From the NCBI GenBank assembly GCA_913057205.1, contig CAJXNO010000006.1, forward strand, positions 1,778 to 65,777: 64,000 nt of DNA, read 5' to 3'. This DNA is from an uncultured Flavobacteriales bacterium. Lineage in GTDB: Bacteria; Bacteroidota; Bacteroidia; Flavobacteriales_G; Salibacteraceae. The stretch's first letter is position 1. Every line of letters begins with the position of its first letter. Positions 28,187-37,088 of this stretch are shown here, piece after piece. Below the pieces are notes generated by a model. It did not search any database, was not told the DNA's origin, and worked only from the letters and a program-made list of their open reading frames with translations. Position numbers and translations under genes: made by a program.

Positions 28187-28204
28187 TGGTATCTTTTACC
28201 AAAA
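28184..28204. promoter_or_regulatory. 21-bp motif TTATGGTATCTTTTACCAAAA (imperfect palindrome TTATGGTA-N4-TACCAAAA)
   Basis: 17/21 identical to 23411-23431. It lies in the divergent control region between the regulator and susC. Confidence 0.45.
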
Positions 28205-28324
28205 TTAAATCGACCAACGCAGATTTTTTTAACACAGAATTCATTACTAAGCGTATTTATCTTAATATTGAACCAACCTAATAGTCTTTTTGACTATAAG
28301 AAACTGAACTAACGACCAGAGAAA

Positions 28325-31300
28325 ATGATAAAATGGATACCATGGCTGGTTGCGATACAATGCATGTTTTCCACCCTTGTATTTGCGCAATCGAAAGAAG
28401 TAAGCGGGACGGTGACAGACGCCAGTGGAATTACCATTCCGGGTGTTACCGTTATCGAACTTGGCACATCCAACGGCACAACCACAGATCTTGATGGAAA
28501 GTATTCCTTGCAGCTTATAGATGCTGATAAGGCTGTCTTGCGTTTCACCTTCATTGGCTACAAGCCTGTAGAGGTTCCGTCAGCAGGCAGAGGCAGCATC
28601 GATGTTGCCATGGAGGAAAACGTCGAAACCCTTGAGGAATTCGTGGTGATCGGTTACGGTACCTCAAAGAAAAAAGAATTGACAGGCGCCACCGCTCAGG
28701 TGAAGGGTGAGAACATTGAAAAAATGAACATTCCTCGGATGGACCAAGCGCTACAGGGTCAATTGGCGGGGGTTACCATCAACACCAATTCAGGTTCTCC
28801 TGGTGGATCTTCCAATATCCGTATCCGTGGCTTGAGCACGTTTGGAGATAATGACCCCCTGATCTTGGTAGATGGTGTGGTCTACGACTCTGAAGGGCTC
28901 AATGCCCTGAATCCTTCTGACATCGCTTCCGTGAACGTCTTGAAAGATGCTACCGCGGGTATTTACGGTGTGAGAGCGGCAAATGGCGTAATCCTTATCG
29001 AGACCAAGAAAGGCAGCAAAGGCGGCAAGCCACGCGTAGAGTTTGACGCCTATTATGGAATCCAAGAAACCTCGAATAAACTGGACCTTCTCAATGCACG
29101 AGAGTACGCTGTAGTCAAAAACGAAATGTTTGCGCGTGGTGGGGATGAAGTTCCATTCAATAATACCACCCTTGGTGAAGGAACCAACTGGCAAGACAGC
29201 GTGTTCACCATGGCCCCGATGCAGAACTACAACTTGAACATGACCGGTGGCGGAGAGAGGACATCTTACTCTATTGGGGGTTCCTATTTCACACAAGACG
29301 GTATCGTAGGCGGACCCAAATCAAACTTCACCCGATACAACGGACGTGTTAACATTGTAACCGACCTTTCTGATCGCCTGGAGCTAACGAGCGTGATGCT
29401 CTATACCCACGAGGAGCGAAAGGCCCTTCCTGAGAATGGAATTGGATCTGTTTTGTACAATACTGTGAATGCCTTTCCTACCGAGTCCATTCGAACTCCA
29501 GACGGCAATTACAGTTACTTGGAAGAGGTGAATGAGGTGATCAACCCGCTTGCGCAGATCGAGAATACGAACAACCTATCCAAGGTGGATAAGTTTGTGG
29601 GTAAAGAAGAGCTTACCTATACCTTCAGCGATGCGCTATCCTTCAGCAATCGCCTAGCTTATAATTATGCATTGGTTGATGACAAGGTGTTCTCGCCCTT
29701 GGTCTGGTACGGCCCAGGCAAAGCACAGAATACCGCGATCAATGCGGATCTAGACCCATCCATCGTGCTCATCGGCGACAGTACGGAAATCGAAAGAGGG
29801 GCGGCAGTCTACGAACAAAGAGCCACCTACCTGGACGTAACTTTTGAGAGCTTCTTAAATTATGAGAAAAACTTCAATGACATCCATCAGGTGAAGGCTA
29901 CCCTCGGAGCATCCGTCTTCAGAAGAAGAGGAGAAGCCCTTAATGCTACCGCTTACAACATTCCAAATAATTCCGAAGATTTTGCTGACATCTCTGCGAA
30001 CCTTGCACCGGGCGGATACCTGAACAATGCAGGTTCCTTTCAATTCGAGGAGCGCTTGTTGTCGACCTTCATGCGAGCTGAGTACACCTATCAGTACAAA
30101 TACATCATCTCCGGTATCTTGAGGAGAGATGGTTCCAGTAAATTCGGACCGAATAGCCGATATGGCCTCTTCCCTACCGTATCCGGAGCATGGCTAGCAT
30201 CTGAGGAAGATTTCTTCAATGTGCCGAGCATCACCTTCTTCAAGCTACGAACAAGTTACGGTGTGTCTGGAAATGACCAGATCGCCAACTTCGCTTACCG
30301 AGCGCTCCTAAATGGAGAAGGGGTTTACGTATTTGACGATGTCATCACCCAAGGTGTTGCCCTCGGTAGAGCATCCAATCCTGACCTTCAGTGGGAAACC
30401 ACTCGTCAGTTGAACGTAGGTTTTGACCTTACCTTCTATGATGCTTTGGACATCACCATGAACTACTTTCAAAAGAACACCTTTGACCTGCTCTTCCAGC
30501 CCGACGTTTCTGGTGTAATCGGGTCTTACGGACCTGGCGGACAACCGCCGGTGATCAATGCCGGTGATGTATCGAACCGCGGTGTTGAATTTGAATTGGG
30601 CTACCAAACCAACCCTGCACTGGACTGGGGATTTGGTGGTAACTTCAACGCAACCTACCTAAGAAACGAGGTGTTGAGTGTTCCGGAAGGTGTTGAATTC
30701 CTTCCGGGCGCTGCGTTTGGCGTTGGAGGCGTGGTTGCTACTCGCTTCCAAGAAGGCTTCCCGATCGGATACTATATCGGTTATGAGACCGACGGTATCT
30801 GGCAGACACAGACCGAAATCGATAACGCTGAAGTGGAGCAGCCAGGTGCACGGCCCGGCGACCTTCGTTTCGTAGATCAAAATGGCGACGGTGTTATCAG
30901 CTTCGGAAACGATGATGATCGAGTAATGTTGGGATCTCCACTACCTGACTTCACGTTCGGCTTGGCATTGAATGCACGCTACAAGGGCTTCGACATTTCT
31001 GCAAATGTTTACTCTGCTATCGGTCAGGAGATCATTCGAAACTATGAGCGCCAGCAGCCTTATGCCAATCAGTTGGATTACTGGCTCGACCGATGGACTG
31101 GCCCTGAAAGCAGCAATGAAATCCCTCGTGTGACCACCGGCGCAACTAGGAACACCGAATTCTCTGACTTCTTTGTAGAGGATGGAAGCTTCGTTCGTCT
31201 AAGAAACTTGCAGCTCGGCTACACCATTCCAAAACGCTGGACAGAGAAGGCAAAAATCTCCTCACTCCGCGTTTACGTAGCTGCGAACAACCTCGTAACC

Positions 31301-31426
31301 CTTACCGGCTATCAGGGCTTCGACCCCGACATTGGAGCAGCAGGAGGAACTCTTTCTGCCGGTGTTGATTATGGTTTTTATCCACAAGCCCGTATCTTCA
31401 TGGGAGGCGTAAACCTTAAGTTCTAA
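28325..31426 (+). CDS. SusC/RagA-family TonB-dependent outer-membrane transporter
   Basis: Signal peptide, a carboxypeptidase-regulatory-like domain (VSGTVTD..G..IPGVTV), a TonB box/plug (EEFVVIGYGT), and a terminal beta-barrel ending in ...NLKF. Confidence 0.95.
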   Translation: MIKWIPWLVAIQCMFSTLVFAQSKEVSGTVTDASGITIPGVTVIELGTSNGTTTDLDGKYSLQLIDADKAVLRFTFIGYKPVEVPSAGRGSIDVAMEENVETLEEFVVIGYGTSKKKELTGATAQVKGENIEKMNIPRMDQALQGQLAGVTINTNSGSPGGSSNIRIRGLSTFGDNDPLILVDGVVYDSEGLNALNPSDIASVNVLKDATAGIYGVRAANGVILIETKKGSKGGKPRVEFDAYYGIQETSNKLDLLNAREYAVVKNEMFARGGDEVPFNNTTLGEGTNWQDSVFTMAPMQNYNLNMTGGGERTSYSIGGSYFTQDGIVGGPKSNFTRYNGRVNIVTDLSDRLELTSVMLYTHEERKALPENGIGSVLYNTVNAFPTESIRTPDGNYSYLEEVNEVINPLAQIENTNNLSKVDKFVGKEELTYTFSDALSFSNRLAYNYALVDDKVFSPLVWYGPGKAQNTAINADLDPSIVLIGDSTEIERGAAVYEQRATYLDVTFESFLNYEKNFNDIHQVKATLGASVFRRRGEALNATAYNIPNNSEDFADISANLAPGGYLNNAGSFQFEERLLSTFMRAEYTYQYKYIISGILRRDGSSKFGPNSRYGLFPTVSGAWLASEEDFFNVPSITFFKLRTSYGVSGNDQIANFAYRALLNGEGVYVFDDVITQGVALGRASNPDLQWETTRQLNVGFDLTFYDALDITMNYFQKNTFDLLFQPDVSGVIGSYGPGGQPPVINAGDVSNRGVEFELGYQTNPALDWGFGGNFNATYLRNEVLSVPEGVEFLPGAAFGVGGVVATRFQEGFPIGYYIGYETDGIWQTQTEIDNAEVEQPGARPGDLRFVDQNGDGVISFGNDDDRVMLGSPLPDFTFGLALNARYKGFDISANVYSAIGQEIIRNYERQQPYANQLDYWLDRWTGPESSNEIPRVTTGATRNTEFSDFFVEDGSFVRLRNLQLGYTIPKRWTEKAKISSLRVYVAANNLVTLTGYQGFDPDIGAAGGTLSAGVDYGFYPQARIFMGGVNLKF

Positions 31427-31430
31427 TCAC

Positions 31431-32909
31431 ATGAAAAGATCAAGATATACATTCATCGTTGCGGCACTCAGCCTAGTGGTAATCGCTGCCGTAGGTTGTA
31501 GAGATTTTCTAGACCTGGAACCAGAATTCACGCAAGATGCTGAGAACTACTTCATCAATGCCGACGACTACGACCGTGCTCTGACCGGCGCATATGACCT
31601 GTTGCAAGGTTCATTCATGTCGCTATGGATCGGAGAGATAGCTTCAGACAATGCCATCGCAGGCGGTGAAAGTGTTACCGATACAGAAGGTTTACACGAA
31701 ATCGACGAGATGCGACACGATGCGGTGAATACCGAATTGCGCAACATCTTCCGATGGAATTACGCCGGTATCACACGTGCGAACTATATCATGGAGTTCA
31801 AGGATAACATTGACTTTGAAGGCAAAACACAAGTGCTGGCACAAACACGATTCCTTCGTGCCTTTTATTACTTCGAATTGACGAAGTTTTTTGGAGATGT
31901 GCCATTGGTTGTTGACGAACGTCTCGGAGCACAAGAGGTGAATGAGATCGAACGCACCCCTCAATCTGAGGTTTACGCACAGATCGAAGAAGACCTACAA
32001 TTTGCCGCAGACAATCTTGATTGGACCAATCCGGTGAAAGGACGGGTTACAAAAGGCGCTGCTCTAGCATTACTCGGTAAAGCACAGTTATATCAATCAA
32101 AGTTTGCTGAAGCGGCGAGCACCTTTGATCAAGTAATTCAAAGTGGGCAATATGCCTTGATCGATAACTACAATAATCTTTTCAGTGTTGCCAACGAAGG
32201 GCACTCAGAAACAGTGTTCGACGTACAGTATACTGGCCTCGAAGGAGGTAGCTATGGGTGCTTGATCTGTTTGGAGGGCAATGCTGCTCCAGGTTTCCAA
32301 GGTATCAGACAGTATGATGGCCCCGTATACGGAGACGGCAACAGCTATAATTTACCCACCCAAGATCTTTACGATGCTTTTGACCAGAGCGACCCCCGTC
32401 GAGATGCGTCAGTGCTAGACATTGAAGCATTTATCGCAGCGCAACCGAATCCAAGTAGCATCACCTATGCTATCGGTGGTGGTGGTCATACGGGTTATTA
32501 CAACAACAAATACATCAAGCGCCAAGGGGAGATCGGTTTACCAGACAACGACTTGACCAGCCCGGTAAATTACCGTGTCATCCGATATGCTGACGTTTTG
32601 TTAATGGCTGCAGAAGCGAATGCCCAAACCGGTAACGATGGACTCGCACAGCAGTACCTGAACGAAGTCCGTCAGCGCGTAGGAATGCCCCTCATCACCT
32701 CAGGTGGCGACCAACTTCTTCAAGATATTTATACCGAACGTAGACTTGAGCTCTCAGGCGAAGGTCACCGTTTCTTCGATTTAGTAAGAACGGGCGAAGC
32801 CGAAGAAAATATTGAAGGCTTCACGGTTGGTAAACATGAACTTTTTCCGATTCCACAATTGGAGATCGACCTAGCCGGAGGAAACTGGCAACAAAACCCT
32901 AGTTATTAA
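31431..32909 (+). CDS. SusD/RagB-family glycan-binding lipoprotein
   Basis: Lipobox (AVGC). It starts 4 nt after susC and has a SusD-like TPR core (RAFYYFELTKFFGDVPL, RRLELSGEGHRFFDL). Confidence 0.95.
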   Translation: MKRSRYTFIVAALSLVVIAAVGCRDFLDLEPEFTQDAENYFINADDYDRALTGAYDLLQGSFMSLWIGEIASDNAIAGGESVTDTEGLHEIDEMRHDAVNTELRNIFRWNYAGITRANYIMEFKDNIDFEGKTQVLAQTRFLRAFYYFELTKFFGDVPLVVDERLGAQEVNEIERTPQSEVYAQIEEDLQFAADNLDWTNPVKGRVTKGAALALLGKAQLYQSKFAEAASTFDQVIQSGQYALIDNYNNLFSVANEGHSETVFDVQYTGLEGGSYGCLICLEGNAAPGFQGIRQYDGPVYGDGNSYNLPTQDLYDAFDQSDPRRDASVLDIEAFIAAQPNPSSITYAIGGGGHTGYYNNKYIKRQGEIGLPDNDLTSPVNYRVIRYADVLLMAAEANAQTGNDGLAQQYLNEVRQRVGMPLITSGGDQLLQDIYTERRLELSGEGHRFFDLVRTGEAEENIEGFTVGKHELFPIPQLEIDLAGGNWQQNPSY

Positions 32910-32923
32910 TTAAACTCCAGATC

Positions 32924-34273
32924 ATGAAACGATTAATTTTATTTTCTCTGGCTATTGGCGCACTGTCAATGGCCTCATGTAAGAAGGACGACCCCCAATT
33001 GGGTGACGCTCCTACTGAAGCCGATGCTCAATTCACCTATGAAGTTTCTTCAGAAAGTGACAACATCATCATTTTTACAGCCGCTAATTCACAACTCACC
33101 GCCCAATGGGACCTTGGTAATGGAAGTACTGCTGAAGGTACCACCGTGGAAGGTTTGTACCCACAAGCAGGCGAATACACCATTGTTTTGACCGTGTTCA
33201 ATTCGGGAGGTAGTGCAAGCAGTTCTCAAACCATTACGATCGAGCAAGATGATCCCACCTTATTGGATGATCCGATCTACAACATCCTTACCGGAGGAGC
33301 AGCAGGGTCTGGGTCACGCACATGGGTGATCGACTCGAATATTGATGCACACTTTGGTGTAGGACCGAACCCATCAGGTGCGGCAGGTGATTACCCAGAG
33401 TGGTATGCAGCAGCTTGTAACGAGAAACAAGGTGCGGGATATTACAACGACCGCTTCACCTTTCACTTGAGTGCTTTCAAGTTCGACCAAGTGCCTAATG
33501 GATCTGTATACATCAATACGGAACAAGCTGGAAACTTCGCTAACTCAGAAGAGACCAACGTTGGCGATTACCGCGCTCCTTACGAGGATCGTATCGGAGA
33601 GACTTGGACGGTAACCATTGATGAAGACACTACCTTGAGTATTTCAGGTGACGCATTCATCGGATACTACACAGGAGTGAACGACTATAAGATCGTTCGA
33701 ATCTCAGAGAATGAACTCTTCATTCGTTACGAAGATGCTGCTAATCCTGACCTTGCTTGGTATCAGCGTTTGATCCCTGAAGGTTATGATTCAGGTAGCG
33801 ATTGCGAAACCGGCGGCGGAGGCGGAACGGGCTATGCTTTGCCGATCGACTTTGAAACCGTTGAGCCTGAATTCGAAGCTTTCGGTGGAAGCACCGATAC
33901 GATCATCGACAATCCATTCCCGACAGGTATCAATACCAGTAACCGTGTACTCGAAACCGTACATGGGAACGAGACTTGGGCAGGCATCTTTGTCGACCTA
34001 GAAGATCCTTTGGATTTCAGTACAAACACCAATATTACAGTAAAGCTCTATGCTCCTTCAACAGGTACAATGCGCTTCAAGATCGAGTCGCAAGCCAACT
34101 CCAACACATTCGTAGAAAAGGATGTAACGGTAAGTACGGCCAATGATTGGGTAGAGGTAACTGTTGACTTCTCAGGTGAAGCAGCAGATACCTATGATCG
34201 ACTGGTGCTCTTCCCAGGCTGGGATGTAGCAAACGCCGGAACGTTCTACCTGGACGACATCGTTCAAGAATAA
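32924..34273 (+). CDS. PKD-domain surface lipoprotein with a C-terminal CBM-like beta-sandwich (putative SGBP)
   Basis: Lipobox (MASC), a PKD domain (WDLGNGSTAEG...YTIVLTVFNSGG), and a C-terminal LPIDFE...WAGIF...FYLDDI pattern typical of CBM4/22-like modules. Confidence 0.65.
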   Translation: MKRLILFSLAIGALSMASCKKDDPQLGDAPTEADAQFTYEVSSESDNIIIFTAANSQLTAQWDLGNGSTAEGTTVEGLYPQAGEYTIVLTVFNSGGSASSSQTITIEQDDPTLLDDPIYNILTGGAAGSGSRTWVIDSNIDAHFGVGPNPSGAAGDYPEWYAAACNEKQGAGYYNDRFTFHLSAFKFDQVPNGSVYINTEQAGNFANSEETNVGDYRAPYEDRIGETWTVTIDEDTTLSISGDAFIGYYTGVNDYKIVRISENELFIRYEDAANPDLAWYQRLIPEGYDSGSDCETGGGGGTGYALPIDFETVEPEFEAFGGSTDTIIDNPFPTGINTSNRVLETVHGNETWAGIFVDLEDPLDFSTNTNITVKLYAPSTGTMRFKIESQANSNTFVEKDVTVSTANDWVEVTVDFSGEAADTYDRLVLFPGWDVANAGTFYLDDIVQE

Positions 34274-34290
34274 CATGGTCTGAAGTTTAT

Positions 34291-34319
34291 GGTGTGCGAA
34301 GCGTCGTGCTTCGCACACC
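34291..34319 (+). terminator. perfect 12-bp stem-loop between the SGBP and GH16 genes (possible intra-operon attenuator or RNA-stability element)
   Basis: GGTGTGCGAAGC-GTCGT-GCTTCGCACACC lies 18 nt after the stop codon. It is followed only by a weak U tract (UACUUCUU). Confidence 0.45.
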
Positions 34320-34340
34320 TACTTCTTAATTTAAGTCATT

Positions 34341-35477
34341 ATGAGAACACGTTACTTTACATCCCCCTTAACTATCCTGGCCCTCATGGCCATTACCTTT
34401 CAAGCTTGTCGTGAGGAAGAACCAGGCACCAATGTGCTATTGCCTTCAAGCCTGAAACTTGAAGTTGTCTTGGATGAAGAGGTGGAAGGCAAGGTTGACG
34501 TGACCGCGACCGCACTATCCGCAAATTTTTACTCCTTCGATTTTGGAGTGGACGGTGAATCTCAGTACATCGAGTCTGAAGATGGTACCGCGACCTACAC
34601 CTACGAAGAAGCAGGAGAGTATATCATCACTGCACGTGCACACGCATTGCAGGATGAATTCGTGGAAGTGACAGATACCATCTTGATTGAATTTTACACC
34701 CCACCTGTGATCACCCTTCCTGGTGATTCAGGCTACCGTACTCCAACGTCATATGACGGATATACCCTTGTTTGGAATGAAGAGTTCGTGGGCACATTCC
34801 TTGAAACTTCCAACTGGAACTATGAGACCGGCACCGGAAGCAGTGGTTGGGGCAACAATGAACTTCAGTATTACCAAGAAGAGAATGCTACCGTTGATGA
34901 TGGAAAACTCACCATCGAGGCAAGAGAAGAGATTATCCAAGGTAGTAATTACACTTCCGCGCGCCTTACCACACAAGGAAAACAAGAATTTCAATACGGA
35001 AGAATCGACATCCGCGCTCGTTCCCCTTACGGCCAAGGAATATGGCCGGCTCTTTGGATGCTAGGCAGCGACTTTAGTACAGCTGGGTGGCCGTTTTGCG
35101 GGGAGATCGACATCATGGAAATGGTAGGCGGTACAGTTGCCGGCGGCGGAGATAACGTGGTACACGGTACGGTGCACTGGGATAATGATGGTCAATATGC
35201 AAACTATGGCGACAGCAAGACCATGCCAGAGCCTTTGGCCAATGCGTTTCATGTTTACACGATCATTTGGGATGAGAGTCAGATCGCCTGGTACATCGAT
35301 GATGTACAGTATAACGTGATCGATATCACCCCTGCGGCGTTGAGTGAGTTTCACCAACCTTTCTTCTTCATTGTTAACATCGCTGTTGGCGGAAATTGGC
35401 CTGGCAGCCCTGATGCTACCACTACTTTTCCTCAAACGATGGATATAGATTATATCCGTGTGTTTCAGGAGAACTAG
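34341..35477 (+). CDS. PKD-like domain plus GH16 endo-beta-1,3-glucanase (laminarinase), lipoprotein
   Basis: Lipobox (FQAC), GH16 catalytic GEIDIMEMVG, WGNNELQYY and ARLTTQGK motifs. Confidence 0.85.
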   Translation: MRTRYFTSPLTILALMAITFQACREEEPGTNVLLPSSLKLEVVLDEEVEGKVDVTATALSANFYSFDFGVDGESQYIESEDGTATYTYEEAGEYIITARAHALQDEFVEVTDTILIEFYTPPVITLPGDSGYRTPTSYDGYTLVWNEEFVGTFLETSNWNYETGTGSSGWGNNELQYYQEENATVDDGKLTIEAREEIIQGSNYTSARLTTQGKQEFQYGRIDIRARSPYGQGIWPALWMLGSDFSTAGWPFCGEIDIMEMVGGTVAGGGDNVVHGTVHWDNDGQYANYGDSKTMPEPLANAFHVYTIIWDESQIAWYIDDVQYNVIDITPAALSEFHQPFFFIVNIAVGGNWPGSPDATTTFPQTMDIDYIRVFQEN

Positions 35478-35615
35478 CTAAGAGTAAATCGCACCATTTC
35501 AAATGCGCTCAGATCAGTTTTAATTAACTGATTTTGAACAGGAAACACATTTTTCTTTTTTAGTTATAGTGATTTATACTATTTCTCACTATACTTGTTA
35601 TCAAATCTTTATATC

Positions 35616-36956
35616 ATGAAAAGACATCTACTATCATTTCTGTTGATCGGCGCTTCAGCGTTAGCGTTCGCTCAATCCAATGTCACCTTTCAGGTTGACA
35701 TGAACCAATATGGTACCGCATTCACTACGCCGGAGGTCAATGGAACCTTCAACGGATGGTGCGGTAGCTGTAATGCCATGAGCGATCCTGATGGCGATAA
35801 CATCTGGGAAGTAACCCTTCCATTGACGGCTGACTCCATCGAATATAAGTTCTCTCACGATGGGTGGGCAGGTGAAGAAAGCCTTACACAAGGAAGTTCT
35901 TGTACCAAGACTACCTCAGGATTTACCAATCGCTTCATCCACATTACGGGCGACACCGTGCTTCCGGCAGTATGTTGGGAATCTTGCAGCGAGTGTATTA
36001 TGCCACCAGACACCTCACATGTAACCTTCCAGGTTGACATGTCTCGTTACAACGGCACGTACACTACACCTGAACTGAACGGCACGTTCAATAACTGGTG
36101 TGGAAACTGTACGCCAATGAGTGATCAAGACGGTGATGACATTTGGGAAGTAACTGTTGCGCTCACCGTGCCTACCATCGAGTTCAAATTCTCTTACGAT
36201 AACTGGACTGGAGAGGAAGAGTTGACAGAAGGTCTTCCGTGCACCGTTACCAATAGTGGATTCACCAACCGTTACTTGGTGGTGAATGGCGACACTACAC
36301 TACCTCCAGTTTGTTGGGAGTATTGCATTGGTTGTGATGATATTCCTGATACCAACAACGTTACCTTCCAGGTTGATATGCGCGGCTACGATGGTACATT
36401 CACAACACCTGAAGTGAACGGTCTCTTCAACGGTTGGTGTGGTAACTGCAATCCGTTGGACGATGCGGATGGCGACAGCATTTGGTCGGTAACACTTCCA
36501 TTGTGGCAAGACTCTACCGAGTACAAGTTTTCACATGACAACTGGACTGGACAAGAAGAATTGACCGAAGGCAGTGAGTGTACAAAGACAACCAGTGGCT
36601 TCACTAACCGATTTATCTACATCAACGCAGATACCACGCTTCCTGCTGTATGCTGGAACTCGTGCATGGTATGTGAAACAGACTCTACCCCACCTGCAGG
36701 TTTCAACCTTCCTGTTATGGGTGAAGTAAGCGTTTACCCAAATCCAGCCAATGAGAGCATCTGGGTAGAAACTAGTTCAACAGCTGACATGGCTATCCGA
36801 GTGATCAATACTGCTGGACAGGAAGTGATCTCAACCCTATCGAACGGCGAAACACGCGTTAGCTTGGACATCAATGCGCTTCCGAATGGAATTTATTTCA
36901 TCGATTGCAGCAACGATACCTACCATGCTATCGAACGATTTGTGAAAGTTAAGTAG
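35616..36956 (+). CDS. T9SS-secreted protein with three tandem Cys-rich CBM-like modules
   Basis: Signal peptide (ALAFAQ), three 113-aa repeats, and a C-terminal T9SS type A sorting domain (VSVYPNPANESIWVE...). Confidence 0.7.
   Translation: MKRHLLSFLLIGASALAFAQSNVTFQVDMNQYGTAFTTPEVNGTFNGWCGSCNAMSDPDGDNIWEVTLPLTADSIEYKFSHDGWAGEESLTQGSSCTKTTSGFTNRFIHITGDTVLPAVCWESCSECIMPPDTSHVTFQVDMSRYNGTYTTPELNGTFNNWCGNCTPMSDQDGDDIWEVTVALTVPTIEFKFSYDNWTGEEELTEGLPCTVTNSGFTNRYLVVNGDTTLPPVCWEYCIGCDDIPDTNNVTFQVDMRGYDGTFTTPEVNGLFNGWCGNCNPLDDADGDSIWSVTLPLWQDSTEYKFSHDNWTGQEELTEGSECTKTTSGFTNRFIYINADTTLPAVCWNSCMVCETDSTPPAGFNLPVMGEVSVYPNPANESIWVETSSTADMAIRVINTAGQEVISTLSNGETRVSLDINALPNGIYFIDCSNDTYHAIERFVKVK
35679..36695 (+). 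repeat. intragenic tandem repeat, 3 x 339 nt (113 aa)
   Basis: The units start at 35679, 36018 and 36357. Each unit reads NVTFQVDM..Y.GT.TTPE.NG.FN.WCG.C.....D.DGD.IW.VT..L.....E.KFS.D.W.G.EEL..G..C......GFTNR......DT.LP.VCW..C..C. Confidence 0.85.
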
Positions 36957-36985
36957 TATAATAACTGCTTAGTGGTTTGTGATGA

Positions 36986-37012
36986 AAGCCGGGGTGATGC
37001 CCGGCTTTTTTT
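36986..37012 (+). terminator. rho-independent terminator
   Basis: AGCCGGG-GTGATG-CCCGGCT followed by T7, about 30 nt after the stop at 36956. Confidence 0.7.
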
Positions 37013-37088
37013 ATGCCTGAAAAAAGGGATTCCGTATGTTCCACAACATTTGCATTCTAGTCCCTGTTAGTTGTGTTACCTTCCCATT

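Noticed and set aside
37045-37075. Promoter boxes for the PKS operon (AACATTTG at 37045-37052 and TAGTTGTG at 37068-37075).
   Set aside because: Both are only 7/8 matches to TAnnTTTG and they compete with each other, so I cannot choose between them from sequence alone.
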